DNA from: Carcharhinus longimanus
Taxonomy: Eukaryota
Direction of reading: 5' to 3'
Length of the DNA stretch: 64,000 bases
Assembly (NCBI GenBank): GCA_030264375.1
Contig: JASCQW010000190.1
Coordinates: forward strand, 41,098,672 to 41,162,671
Positions 1 through 11,700 of the stretch are shown one piece after another. The notes below the pieces were generated by a model. That model saw only the letters and a list, made by a program, of their open reading frames with translations. It was not told the DNA's origin and ran no database searches. Numbering within the stretch: position 1 is the stretch's first letter; each line of letters starts with the position of its first letter. Made by a program: the position numbers and the translations under genes.

Positions 1-249
1 ATTATCTATTACTATCTTATGTGTTTGGATCTCTTAACAGTTTGCCAGTCTTAATTACTGAAGCTGAAATATTCTACCATTCTACTTCTATCTTATTTAG
101 TAAAGCCACAGAAATAATTGTCTCAGGAAATGGAAATAGGCCCAACGGCATATTCTCAGAAATTACATTACATTCTTGAATCAACGGCATTAAATTCCAT
201 CGAACAAATTTGTGTTTTATTAAAAGTGTGAAAACACAAAGGTTAAAGT

Positions 250-737
250 AGTGGTAGTGGCACAGTGGCTAGCACTGCTGCCTCACAACTCCAGCGACAC
301 AGGTTCGATTCCCAGCTTGAGTTACTGTCTATGCGGAGTTTACACATTCTCTGCATGGGTTTCCTCTGGGTCTTCTGGGCCAGGGAGATGGTGTCTGCTG
401 TTCACTTGTTGCAGTAATAGGCGAGGGTGTAATGGATCCAGGCAATTTGGTAGGCCAGGATTGACTTGTGCCATGGCTAACTTTTTGAAGCACTTCATAA
501 TGATGAATGTCAGATCTGCTGCACAATAGTTATTAAGGTATGCTTCCCCCAACAGTCCAAAGGTAGGTAGATTGGCCATACTAAATTGCCCCTTAGAGTC
601 CCGGGATGTGTAGGTTAGAGGGATTAGTGGGGTAAATACAAGGGGTTACGGGGTTAAGGCCTGTGTGTTACTGTTGCCTGTGCAGACTTGAGGGGCTGAA
701 TGATGTCCTTCTGCATTGTAGGATTTCTGTGATTCTA
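250..737 (+). mobile_element. HE1-like tRNA-derived V-SINE with CR1-type 3' tail, interrupted by a Rex1 RT fragment
   Basis: A-box TGGCACAGTGG, B-box GGTTCGATTCC, V-domain-like core (CTGCATGGGTTTCCTC...CAGTCCAAAG) and 3' tail CCTTCTGCATTGTAGGATTTCTGTGATTCTA; homologous to other copies in the window. Confidence 0.85.
379..542 (-). mobile_element. Internal Rex1/Babar LINE reverse-transcriptase fragment
   Basis: Translates LNNYCAADLTFIIMKCFKKLAMAQVNPGLPNCLDPL then (frameshift) AYYCNK*TADTISLA, matching the Rex1 RT pattern LNDYRPVALT..IMKCFERLV...LDPLQFAY..NRST.DAIS. Confidence 0.85.
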
Positions 738-1282
738 GTGGTAAAATGTTAAATTTATCGTTGTGATCATGTTTTACTTTGCTGAATTCTCCTTCCTGTA
801 CCCCTTTCAAAACGTAACACAATAAAGCAGATAAAAAGGAAGGGTTTAAGATGCTAATTGAAACTTAGATATCAAAATTGCAATCTTCGCTCTCAGTTTA
901 CGATGCAATTTGAACTTCCTCAGTTAAACTATACTCTCCTGAATATTGTCTTTTTTCCTTAATTGCACATTCAAATTATGAAATCAAACAATTTTAAATT
1001 TTGTACAACCATCAGGCACTCTTGTCTTGAAAACATAAGACATAATATTTAACCGCAAGTTAAATTATTTGCGGGGCTTTGATTAGACTTGTTGCATAAG
1101 AATGAGATTTAAAATTTAGATTTAAAGCACAAGAATTTTAAATTTGAATTGTTCTGGGACTAAGTGCCAAGATAGGTCAATAAGAAGAGGGTTGAGAGGC
1201 AGGTGAAGCCTGAAGTTGTATAGGATGTGGTCAATTCCATTTTGATGAAATGTGGTTTAGTGTGGGTGATGGATGGGAGGTA

Positions 1283-1617
1283 ATCATAGAATTATAGAAT
1301 CCCTATAGCGCAGAAGGAAGTCAATCAACCCATCAAGCCCAGACTGACAACAAGCCCACACTGACAACAATCCCACCCAGGCACTATCCCCATGACCCCA
1401 CTCTACTAAACCCCCTAACACTAAAGAGCAATTTATCATGGCCAATCAACCTGAACTGCATATCTTTATACTGTGGAAGGAAACCAGAGCACCTGGAGGA
1501 ATACCACACAGACACGGGGTGAATGTGTAAACTCCACACAGTCACCGAATGCTGGAATTGAATCTGGGTCCCTGGCACTGTGAGGCAGCAGTGCTATCCA
1601 CTGTGCCATCATGCAGC
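1283..1617 (-). mobile_element. HE1-like V-SINE
   Basis: Reverse complement of the tRNA head (CAGCAGTGCTATCCACTGTGCC), V-domain and CR1-type tail (ATCATAGAATTATAGAATCCCTATAGCGCAGAAGG). Confidence 0.85.
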
Positions 1618-1838
1618 CCTAACCAGGAGACCTTTGGAATTGTTGGGTGGAACTTAATGAAAACTCTGACAGCTAGAAACATGGTAGTTGAGGTGAACTA
1701 ATTATGGGAGAATGGGATTACAATGGAGCGTTCAGAATGAAAAATTAAGCTGGTGTTAGGGCAGTGGCGGGTTGGGCCATATGTCATCCATGGGCGGATT
1801 CCTATTTATAATACATTTGCATGTTATGAACACTTGTT

Positions 1839-2033
1839 GGGGGGAATTCTCAGGCCATCCAGTCACCGTTTCTCGTTGGTGAAAGGTGGCATTCACTGGT
1901 GGTGAAATTCTCTGGTCTCACTGCTGTCAATGGGATTGATGTCATCTCATGCCACCATGAAATCCGCAGGAAGTGGTGCGCGGCCAGCAGGACCAGAGAA
2001 TCCCATTGGCATGACTGGCCAGAGAAATCCCCC
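1839..2033. mobile_element. PIF/Harbinger-like MITE
   Basis: Terminal inverted repeats GGGGGAATTCTC / GAGAAATCCCCC, internal partial palindrome, TGTT on both flanks. Confidence 0.6.
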
Positions 2034-2416
2034 TGTTATCTGATACGTAACATTTTGAAATTAAGTCCTATCTTCAAGATCAAGTCTGCAGTGCATGGGG
2101 ACTTCATGACACCCTTTTCATGTTCATTTAAAGATACCATACGCTACTCAGCTTTGTGCAGTTGTATCTGAAGTGAATGATTGCCTTTGATCTAATCCAT
2201 GTGGCACAGGAGTGAGGGTAACGCAGGAGAATGGCAGTTTGGATGGAAGTTTGGGCCCAGCAAGGGAAAGTTAGTGATTGGGAGGGTGGAGCACTGGGAG
2301 GTTTTGGACAGGGGCATGAAGAAATCAAGAGGTGGTGGAGTCAAGGTGTGAACAAGTGGAGGTGGACTTTGAGGGTTAAAATCAAGGAGTGGAAATATGC
2401 ACTGGAAGATGCCTAC

Positions 2417-3093
2417 CATAGAGTCATAGAGGTTTACAGCATGGGAACAGGCCCTTCGGCTCAACTTGTCCATGCCACACTTTTTTTAACTACAAAGCTG
2501 CTCCCAACTGCCTGCATTTGGCCCATATCCCTCAATACCCATCTTACCCATGTAACTATCTAAGTGCTTTCTAAAAGGCAAAATTATACCTGCCTCTACG
2601 ACTACCTCTGGCAGTTTTTTCCAGACACTCACCACCCTCTGTGTAAAAAAAAAATGCTCCTCTGGACCCTTTTGTGTTTCTCCCCTCTCACCTTAAGCTG
2701 ATGCCCTCTAAGTTTAGACTCCCCTACATTTGGGAATAGATATTGACTATCTAGCTGATCTATGCTCCTCATTATTTTACAGACCTCTATAAGATCACCC
2801 CTAAGCTTCCTATGCGCCAGAGAAAAAAGTTCCAGTCTATCCAACCTCTCCTGATAACTCAAGCCATCAAGTCCCAGTAGCATCCTAGTAGATCTTTTCT
2901 GCACTTTCTAGATTAAGGATATCCTTTCTACAATAGGGTGACCAGAATTATACACACGTTCCCCAAGTGTGGCCTTACCAACGTCTTGTATAACTTCAAC
3001 AGGACGTCCCAACTCCTGTATTCAATATTCAGACCAATGAAAGCAAGCATGCCGAATGCCTTCTTCACCAGCCTATCCACCAGTGACTCCATC
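2417..3093 (-). mobile_element. CR1 LINE 3' end (RT C-terminus plus 3' UTR; HER1-like)
   Basis: Peptides VKKAFGMLAFIGLNIEYRSWDVLLKLYKTLVRPHL and LSYQERLDRLELFSLAHRKLRGDLIEVCKIMR; terminal (CTCTATGA)n-type tail. Confidence 0.92.
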
Positions 3094-3094
3094 T

Positions 3095-3970
3095 TGGGTG
3101 TTGTGGGAAGCTGCCTGCAGTGAATGAGGATAAACAAAGTGAGGGACCTAAAAGGCTGAGACAGAACTGTCCAAATTGGGTCTTCTAGGTCAAATGGAGG
3201 GTGGCAGTTGGTAGAAGGAGTGTCAGTATCTGAGGGATTTTGTTTCAATGTGAGGGAGGGTGGGTGGTAGTTAAATCCATTCTGAAGGTACTCATATTCA
3301 AAGATCTTATAAGACAGGTCACAGAATCTAATGGAGACCCTGAAGATGATGCAGGGAGGATCTAGCATCAGAACAGGAATCTCAACAAGGATGAGGGTAG
3401 GTTCAGAGGAGTGGGTTCAAGGGGAAGAGATGGCATGTCCACAATAACAGGATCCAGCTTGATGGAGGGAAGTTCAAGGGTTGCAGACGGCAGGAACACA
3501 GTGATGTCAGGAGAGTCAAGGGTGATAGGGTAAAGTTGAAAGTGACAGAGGGAGGGTGGAGGGTCACAGTAGCAAATCAAGGGTCACTCATACAGTTTAA
3601 GGGCCAGGTCCATAATTTACTTGTAGCTGTCAGGACGACAGATGCAAGTGGGAGGAGGCCAATGTGGAGTGAGTGGAATTTTGGATGTGGACAATGGCAG
3701 GAGTGGAAAACCTCACTGTTCAACTGCTCTGTGGATGAAACTTGCTGGACATTGTCCTTGATGGAGTACCTGTGGGTCTCATGCACCTAATAGTCCTACA
3801 GCCTCAGGAGTAGGAGGAGAGGATGTGACAAAGGAGGACACTTTTGCTAGTCAACAGCTGAGGCCACAGAGGGGGAGGATGATCCTGAATCGGCCATCCA
3901 GGGAAAGCATTGGAGAGTGTGGTCATCGAGTGTTGAACAGCTTCCAGCAAGGGCAGCGGAGGGACTCAGA
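3095..3970 (-). mobile_element. Decayed L2-like LINE (endonuclease/5' region); related pieces at ~1080-1280 and ~2160-2415
   Basis: Purine-rich plus strand typical of antisense L2; degenerate APE-like peptides; multiple stops. Confidence 0.5.
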
Positions 3971-4388
3971 GAGGTGACTGATAAGTGAAATTAGCTTTTA
4001 TCAGCAGGGGATATCTTCCTGTGTCCTGATCAACGTTTATCAGCCAATAAATATCACTCAAATGGATTGCTGTTTGAAAAACCTTGTCTTGAAAATATCA
4101 CAACAGATCCCATGTCCCTGAATACTATCTCCTGGGGGAGCATGTAGTTAAGGAAGAGAAATCTAACGGGGAATTTTGAGATATTGGAGGACAGGTGGGT
4201 CAGGCTCTGGCTATAATTGGACAAATAAGTTGGAACCGAGTGAGAGAAGTCACACTGAACTGGAGAATGAAATGAAGACATTGCAGAGGGATATTGGGTG
4301 CTATCTTATGGCTTTTTGTCTAAGTGTTGAGCGGTTGTGGAATTGGGAAGTTCCACGTCCATTGTTCCGGCACGTTCATTGACACCTG

Positions 4389-4425
<37 letters not shown>

Positions 4426-4656
4426 CGGGGGGGGGGGCGGGGGGGGGGGGGGGGGGGGGGGGGGGGNNNNNNNNNNNNNNNNNNNNNNNNNNNNNNNNNN
4501 NNNNNNNNNNNNNNNNNNNNNNNNNNNNNNNNNNNNNNNNNNNNNNNNNNNNNNNNNNNNNNNNNNNNNNNNNNNNNNNNNNNNNNNNNNNNNNNNNNNN
4601 NNNNNNNNNNNNNNNNNNNNNNNNNNNNNNNNNNNNNNNNNNNNNNNNNNNNNNNN

Positions 4657-4901
4657 CTGGCATAGGTCACTGTCTGTGTGGAGTTTGCACATTCTCCCTG
4701 TATCTGCATGGGTTTCCTCCGGTTGCTCCGGTTTCTTCCCACAGTCCAGAGATGAGCAGGTTAGGTGAATTGGCCACGCCAAATTCTCCCTCAGTGTACC
4801 CGAACAGGCACCGGAGTGTGGTGACTAGAGGATATTCACAGGAACTTCATTGTGTTGTTAATGTAAGCCTACTTGTATCACTAATAAGTAAACTTTACTT
4901 T
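4657..4901 (+). mobile_element. V-SINE with alternative (non-CR1) 3' tail; 5' end lost in gap
   Basis: V-domain CACTGTCTGTGTGGAGTTTGCACATTCTCCC...CCCACAGTCC followed by tail ...GTAAGCCTACTTGTATCACTAATAAGTAAACTTT. Confidence 0.8.
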
Positions 4902-4904
4902 CCT

Positions 4905-5470
4905 AGAAGGGGGGAGTGGGGGTTATCGTGCCTACTGCAGGCTGATTCAAGTACCTCTCCCCCTGCAATCACAGGGGTCCTCAACCAGAGGTGCAGCTCC
5001 CGCTGCACCCTCGCCACCCAAATTATCATGGACCCCCAATGGGCATTGCCCAGATGCCATGCTGGCAGTGCCAGGGTGCACTCCCCTGTCTTGCATTCAG
5101 CCTCACCGAGGGGCCTTAATAGCCTCCAGTTTCACTGGCAAAGCCAACACAATTGTTCCCCGTTCATGGCAAGCAACTGTTTTCCTCACCGGAGAGAACC
5201 TCTCCTGGCAAGGCCATAAAGGCAAGAGAGCCCAGATGACTGAGCGCCGGGCTCACTAATCACATTAAAATGAGCATTTTAATAAATTCAAATGAATTAA
5301 CCAGCCTCTCTCCCATTCCCGGTGAGAGGCTGACCATGCCGGAAATCATGGGACCGTAAAATTGCGCCAGTCATGAAAACCGGCGCCAATCACGCTAATC
5401 GCTTCATGTCCCACTTCACAACCGTATTGTGTCCAAAAATGGGCATGACGCAGTTGTACAATTCCACCCA
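4905..5470. mobile_element. Non-autonomous Harbinger-like DNA element, right portion
   Basis: GGCAGTGCC/GGCATTGCC palindromic motifs shared with 40955-40990 and 63095-63180; ends in a TIR-like ...CAATTCCACCC. Confidence 0.45.
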
Positions 5471-6482
5471 ATGTGTCAAAAGTTGTAGAAGTGTAAAGTT
5501 GACAAGGAGGGTTAGTTGCCACGGTCATAGTAATGCCAAGGATTTCTTTCATGACTTTTATTAGGGCCACTTTGATGCTGTTAGAAACGGCAGGGACCTA
5601 ATTAGAGGAATTCAAATAGGGACTTTCTGTGGAGATGTGACAACACATTGGAAGTCTTTGGGGAGAAAAGAAAGGNNNNNNNNNNNNNNNNNNNNNNNNN
5701 NNNNNNNNNNNNNNNNNNNNNNNNNNNNNNNNNNNNNNNNNNNNNNNNNNNNNNNNNNNNNNNNNNNNNNNNNNNNNNNNNNNNNNNNNNNNNNNNNNNN
5801 NNNNNNNNNNNNNNNNNNNNNNNNNNNNNNNNNNNNNNNNNNNNNNNNNNNNNNNNNNNNNNNNNNNNNNNNNNNNNNNNNNNNNNNNNNNNNNNNNNNN
5901 NNNNNNNNNNNNNNNNNNNNNNNNNNNNNNNNNNNNNNNNNNNNNNNNNNNNNNNNNNNNNNNNNNNNNNNNNNNNNNNNNNNNNNNNNNNNNNNNNNNN
6001 NNNNNNNNNNNNNNNNNNNNNNNNNNNNNNNNNNNNNNNNNNNNNNNNNNNNNNNNNNNNNNNNNNNNNNNNNNNNNNNNNNNNNNNNNNNNNNNNNNNN
6101 NNNNNNNNNNNNNNNNNNNNNNNNNNNNNNNNNNNNNNNNNNNNNNNNNNNNNNNNNNNNNNNNNNNNNNNNNNNNNNNNNNNNNNNNNNNNNNNNNNNN
6201 NNNNNNNNNNNNNNNNNNNNNNNNNNNNNNNNNNNNNNNNNNNNNNNNNNNNNNNNNNNNNNNNNNNNNNNNNNNNNNNNNNNNNNNNNNNNNNNNNNNN
6301 NNNNNNNNNNNNNNNNNNNNNNNNNNNNNNNNNNNNNNNNNNNNNNNNNNNNNNNNNNNNNNNNNNNNNNNNNNNNNNNNNNNNNNNNNNNNNNNNNNNN
6401 NNNNNNNNNNNNNNNNNNNNNNNNNNNNNNNNNNNNNNNNNNNNNNNNNNNNNNNNNNNNNNNNNNNNNNNNNNNNNNNNNN

Positions 6483-6575
6483 GTTTCCGAAAGCTTGTGG
6501 GTTTACTATCAAATAAACTGGTTGGATTTTAACCTGGTGTTGTGAGACTTCTTACTGTGTCCAACTCCATCATCA
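6483..6575 (+). mobile_element. Penelope-like element terminal repeat fragment (3' half of hammerhead motif), cut by gap
   Basis: TTCCGAAAGCTTGTGGG...AAATAAACTGGTTGGATTTTAACCTGGTGTTGTGAGACTTCTTACTGTG, near-identical to 14303-14378. Confidence 0.8.
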
Positions 6576-6579
6576 TAGA

Positions 6580-6900
6580 ACTTCCTCCCTCAAGTGCTTC
6601 ATTTGCTTCCCCTTGAATGCTGTTCACCTCTACCTTTCCCTGAGGGAGGAAGTTCTACATTCTCACCCCTCTATGTTAAAGAAGCTTTTTCTGAGTTGCT
6701 GATTGGATCTATTAGATACTATCTTGTATTTATGGCTGCTTGTTCTTGACTTGCCAGCAAGTGGAAACATCTGCTCTGTATCTACACCTTCAAACCCCTT
6801 CATAATCTTGAAGATGTCCATTGGGTTATGCTTCAGTCTTCTGTTTGCTAGAGAAAAGAGCCCCAGCCTACTCAATCATACCTGATAGATGTAACCTTTC
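6580..6900 (-). mobile_element. Old CR1 LINE 3' fragment
   Basis: Peptide LSRLGLFSLANRRLKHNPMDIFKIMKGFEGVD matches CR1 RT C-terminus. Confidence 0.85.
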
Positions 6901-7871
6901 ATTTAAGTAAGGGAAACTTTCATTAAGACTTAAGAGCTATTTTAATTATCACTATATTGATCCACTGATCTGAAATTTAGGTTTCTGATTATTTTTGCAG
7001 GCAATGAACCTTCTCATCACACCATCATGGAATGCATATACTCAGCCGGCCTAAGTGTCCCTGACACTTGCATTCCATGAAAGCTTTTCTTCTCCCCAAA
7101 GGAAAAGCTCACCCACAAGCATCATGTGGCTGGTGGAGGATTGCGATCTCTGAAAGCTGAGTTCGAAGAAGGAGAAGGCCATAGACATATTGGAAGGACA
7201 AACTGGGCAGGTTGACTAAACTGGGATTATTTCAGATGAGTGGACAACAGACATTAGGTAAAGCTTTGGCAAGGCTCATCATGCATAGTCTCCATTTTTA
7301 TGCGCTTTGCCAAATGTACTGAAATACCCTAGCGCTCAGCAACTATTGCCTCAGAGAAAAGCTCTAAGTGTCTTTTTTGGGATAAAGATTGTGACCATTT
7401 AATGACCATCCACTAATTTCTTGATCCAGAGCTTTTGCTGCTTCATCACCAACTGCGCAACTGTCATCCCACAAATTCAGTCAGTAGGAAGTAGATCATG
7501 AGTCAGAATGTGGTTCACCGGGTAAGGAACTGAGCACTCAGGAGAATGATGTGGAAAACTGGTCCCTCTGAGGCTGCAGCTTCACTTATGATGATTAAAG
7601 CTCCGGAGGAATCATCTCAACCACCCCATACTGTCAACAGCTCTTAGAATAAATTGAGAGGTATTTGAGCAAATAAGTTACGAGACCCAAAGGATGGACA
7701 TGGTGTTAACTGTAGACAAATAATTGCCTATATGAATTTTACACATCATTTGGTGAATTGTGCTGTAAACATGGCATGTGCATATCAAGCTTTGACAAGA
7801 TCTCTGCTCATACTTTCAGCGTATGGACATTTGAATAATAGCAGGAGATATGGAAGATTTTTTGTCTCATT

Positions 7872-8040
7872 AAGAACAAAGAGCAAAAAAAATTACAGCA
7901 CAGGAACAGGCCCACCAAGCCTGCACCAACCATACTGCCTGTCTGAACCAACACCCCCTATCATTCCGGGACCATATCCCTCTATTCCCATCCCACGCAT
8001 CTATTTGCCAAGACACCTCTTAGAAGTCCACTGTTGTATC
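7872..8040 (-). mobile_element. CR1 3' UTR fragment with (CTTTGTT)n-type tail
   Basis: AAGAACAAAG...TACAGCACAGGAACAGGCCC is the reverse complement of the CR1 ends seen at 21930-21970 and 28205-28252. Confidence 0.8.
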
Positions 8041-9134
8041 TCCAAGAAACTTGGAGCAAAAATCCTTGATCCTGAAGGACTTTGAGAGTTTGTGAACTGA
8101 GTTTCTTTGTAGGTTGCCCTCTCTTTCTTTATTAAAAGCACTCATTGTTTCCTCTAATCAGTTACTTCCTCCTTTCTCTGGCTGCTGGTTTTCACCATTA
8201 CCTATGTTCTCTTTCCTGTGTATGCTACTCATGCTGCCCAGAGTATTCCTGTGTGTGGCCACTTCTTCATCCTCATTGTCACTTTTAGCTTCCAGACGTT
8301 GGAGATGTTTCTTTCTCAGAAGGGTTGCATGCAGCAGTCGCAACAATTCCTGAGGTTCATACTCTGCTGTATTGCAGGATTCAGTCAGATATCTAAAAAC
8401 AAGAATTCAGAGTGATCTATCATAATTATTATGGCACGGGCCTCATTATATCTGTTGCACCACCGCCTGTGGAAATTTAACTGAGATCACCAGCCATAAT
8501 TGCACAGGATAGCTCTGATTACAAATCGACAATCCAGATTCATGACCAGAGTTAGCAGTTCTGTGGTTCCCCAGCCAGTAACTGAAATATTTCCTCTACA
8601 GCCTCAAAGAGAGTGTGGAATCTTTGGAAGCACTGATCGTTCAAAAAGGTTAAGCAAGACTTTCTTGCTCTTGGCACTCTGTTGTGGGGAAAAGCTATGC
8701 TTCCTGAGTGAGAGTTGCCAATCTAGCTTCTTCCATATCTTCAACTTCCTCCTTCTCATAATTAAGACTGGAGGGATTCTTGCGGGGAAAACAAATGTCC
8801 CTAATTAAAAGCAGCACTTAGAGCTGAATAAAACTAGTAGTAAATGTCCCTATTGAATCGCGATGGAATTAATAGATTGGTATGGAAGGAAAGTAGCACC
8901 AACCTACAGTAGCAGCACATAACATGACTACCACCATATATACCTGCTTTAGGAATCACTTTTGTGTTTGATGTTAACCCATATCTAAAAACAAAATAAT
9001 AACAACAAAATATCTTCTAGATTTGGTGGAATACTTAAAACTGTACACCAATTTTAACTCAGGTGGCAGTTGCAATGGGAGGAATTTATAACAGGCAATA
9101 AACCATCCTAACCTCAGCAGCCAAAGGTGCAGAA

Positions 9135-9192
9135 AATTTGATTTGATTTGATTTATCATTGTCAATGTATTAGTATACAGTGAAAAATATTG
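9135..9192 (-). mobile_element. Rex1-type LINE extreme 3' end
   Basis: (TTTGA)n + TTTATCATTGTCA..TGTATTAGTATACAGTGAAAA, reverse complement of the ends at 31100-31155 and 40650-40704. Confidence 0.7.
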
Positions 9193-9254
9193 CTACTATT
9201 TTAAAATGAAAGCAGAACTTTGACATGCTTTTTTCTCTTTGCAGTTGTGGAGCG

Positions 9255-9619
9255 AGAAAGAAATGCATTTATATAGCACCTTTCATGACATATATATAAT
9301 CCCACAGCACTTTAAAGCCACACACGTTTGAAGTCACCATTAATGCAGGAAAACGTAGAAGACAACTTGCACACAGCAAACTCCCTATATTGGCCAGGTA
9401 TTCTATTTTAGTGATGTGGATTTAGGACTAAATATTGGCCAGGACACTGCGGGGAGAAGGGGATGGGGATGTGGGGGCGGGGTGGGGGGTGGAGGGGTGG
9501 TTGCTGCAGTGGGCACTCCACTCTTCTTCAAAATAGTGTTATGAATCTTTCACATTTGGCTGAAAGGGGAGATAGGCTTAGAATAACCGCTTCATTTGAA
9601 AGGCAGCATTTCCAACAGT
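9255..9619 (-). mobile_element. Deu-domain SINE (SacSINE1/AmnSINE-like), truncated by gap
   Basis: TGCATTTATATAGCACCTTTCA L2-type tail; AAATATTGGCCAGGACAC and TCATTTGAAAGGCAGCATTTCCAACAGT Deu-domain-like motifs. Confidence 0.7.
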
Positions 9620-10288
9620 NNNNNNNNNNNNNNNNNNNNNNNNNNNNNNNNNNNNNNNNNNNNNNNNNNNNNNNNNNNNNNNNNNNNNNNNNNNNNNNNN
9701 NNNNNNNNNNNNNNNNNNNNNNNNNNNNNNNNNNNNNNNNNNNNNNNNNNNNNNNNNNNNNNNNNNNNNNNNNNNNNNNNNNNNNNNNNNNNNNNNNNNN
9801 NNNNNNNNNNNNNNNNNNNNNNNNNNNNNNNNNNNNNNNNNNNNNNNNNNNNNNNNNNNNNNNNNNNNNNNNNNNNNNNNNNNNNNNNNNNNNNNNNNNN
9901 NNNNNNNNNNNNNNNNNNNNNNNNNNNNNNNNNNNNNNNNNNNNNNNNNNNNNNNNNNNNNNNNNNNNNNNNNNNNNNNNNNNNNNNNNNNNNNNNNNNN
10001 NNNNNNNNNNNNNNNNNNNNNNNNNNNNNNNNNNNNNNNNNNNNNNNNNNNNNNNNNNNNNNNNNNNNNNNNNNNNNNNNNNNNNNNNNNNNNNNNNNNN
10101 NNNNNNNNNNNNNNNNNNNNNNNNNNNNNNNNNNNNNNNNNNNNNNNNNNNNNNNNNNNNNNNNNNNNNNNNNNNNNNNNNNNNNNNNNNNNNNNNNNNN
10201 NNNNNNNNNNNNNNNNNNNNNNNNNNNNNNNNNNNNNNNNNNNNNNNNNNNNNNNNNNNNNNNNNNNNNNNNNNNNNNNNNNNNNNNN

Positions 10289-10525
10289 GCCCTCTAGTTT
10301 TAGACTCCCCTACCTTTGGGAAAAGATATTGACTATCTACCTTGTCTATGCCCCTCATTATTTTACTGACTTCTATAACGTCACCTCCTCAGCCTCCTAT
10401 GCTCCAGAGAAAGAAGTCCCAGTCTATGCAGCTTCTCCTTATAACTCAATCCACCTAGTCCTGATAGCATCCTAGTACATCTTTTCTGCACTCTTTCTAG
10501 TTTAATAATATCTTTTCTATAATAG
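10289..10525 (-). mobile_element. CR1 LINE 3' fragment, same subfamily as 2417-3093
   Basis: MRGIDKVDSQYLFPKVGESKTRG; high nucleotide similarity to 2703-2935. Confidence 0.9.
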
Positions 10526-10879
10526 AAAGTACTTATGGGTTACCAATGAACATATACATGTTTCATATTATATCACTTAAAATGCTTTCTTTCTGAAAGA
10601 AGTCAGAATATATTGAAATATTCAGTTTTAATGCATAGGCAGAAATTAGCTGATGACCAAAAATTGCCTCAATAAGGAAGTTGGTAGCTGCTGTTAACAA
10701 ACGTTGACTTTAAAAGATGATATTCCTGGCACACTTGTAATCAAATTAAATTAAACAGTGGAGTAAATAAAATCAGCCAAGCACTCTGCATCCTTATCAT
10801 TAGATTCATCTTATCCTTGCCCACTCACTTAGGTTAAGTTAGACTGTATTCTGATCAACACCAGAAGCTGTGCTTAAAC

Positions 10880-11700
10880 CCTCACACCCTATCCAACTGT
10901 AAGCCTGCTTATTTCCACCTCTACACTCTTACTGTACATACACAGTCTCAGTAAACTTTCAAAAACACCTTCATCCATTCTACACTCAAATTTTTCAAAG
11001 CCCTCCTTACTAACTCCCTGATCTTCACACTCCCTGAATTCCATGTTATCCATAACTTCAGCAGTACCATTCTGCACCACACTAACCCACATATGACCTT
11101 CCTGTTTATCTGGTAGTATGGATACTCTAGTAGCAAGCAATAACATAACTAACTTCACACAGTAGAAGTTTAATAAAGAAACTTCATTGCATCACACTTG
11201 GGCTACATCCTGAGCCATAAACGCTCCCCACAATCCCATATGCTTTTTATTTATACTGGGTCAGTTGGTCACCACATCATTTTGCCATTGGTTACATTGT
11301 GTGGCAGGTCCCTCACAGAATGTTTCAATTGATTACAGTAGAAACACCTCCCTCACTCCCCCCTTCCCCCAACCCTGCATCCTCAATAGTCTACTTTGGC
11401 TTTGCACCTCCTTCTTTTCTTCCAAACAATCATTTCTTCATTTACAGATCCTTATATGGCTTCACCCTACTTTCCTACTGCAGCCTTCTTAAGTTTCCTC
11501 CTGCATCCTTCTGTTCTATGATTCTGTCTAACTTATACATCCCACTCACTCGCCCCAACTTTAAGAGCCTTTCTGAAACATATACCTTGACCAGGCATTT
11601 GATTGCCTCAACCAATCTTCCAGAAGAGCTTGGCGTTTGCATCTAATCTTCACGGTGAAGCACCTTGGGACTTTTTCCTTTACTAAAGATAAGTTGTTCC
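10880..11700 (+). mobile_element. Decayed L2-like LINE 3' region
   Basis: Pyrimidine-rich sense strand; 3' motif GTGAAGCACCTTGGGACTTTTT...AAGTTGTT like 57415-57475. Confidence 0.55.

Noticed and set aside
250-320. tRNA genes suggested by A/B boxes
   Set aside because: Every A/B-box pair is a SINE head followed by a SINE body; no complete cloverleaf was seen.
4390-4466. Poly-G run and the poly-Gly/poly-Pro ORFs; possible G-quadruplex
   Set aside because: It abuts an N gap and is typical of a two-colour sequencing poly-G artefact.
5598-6545. Long ORFs of 200-300 aa (also 9463-10358 and 54238-54901)
   Set aside because: They are read-through of N gaps.
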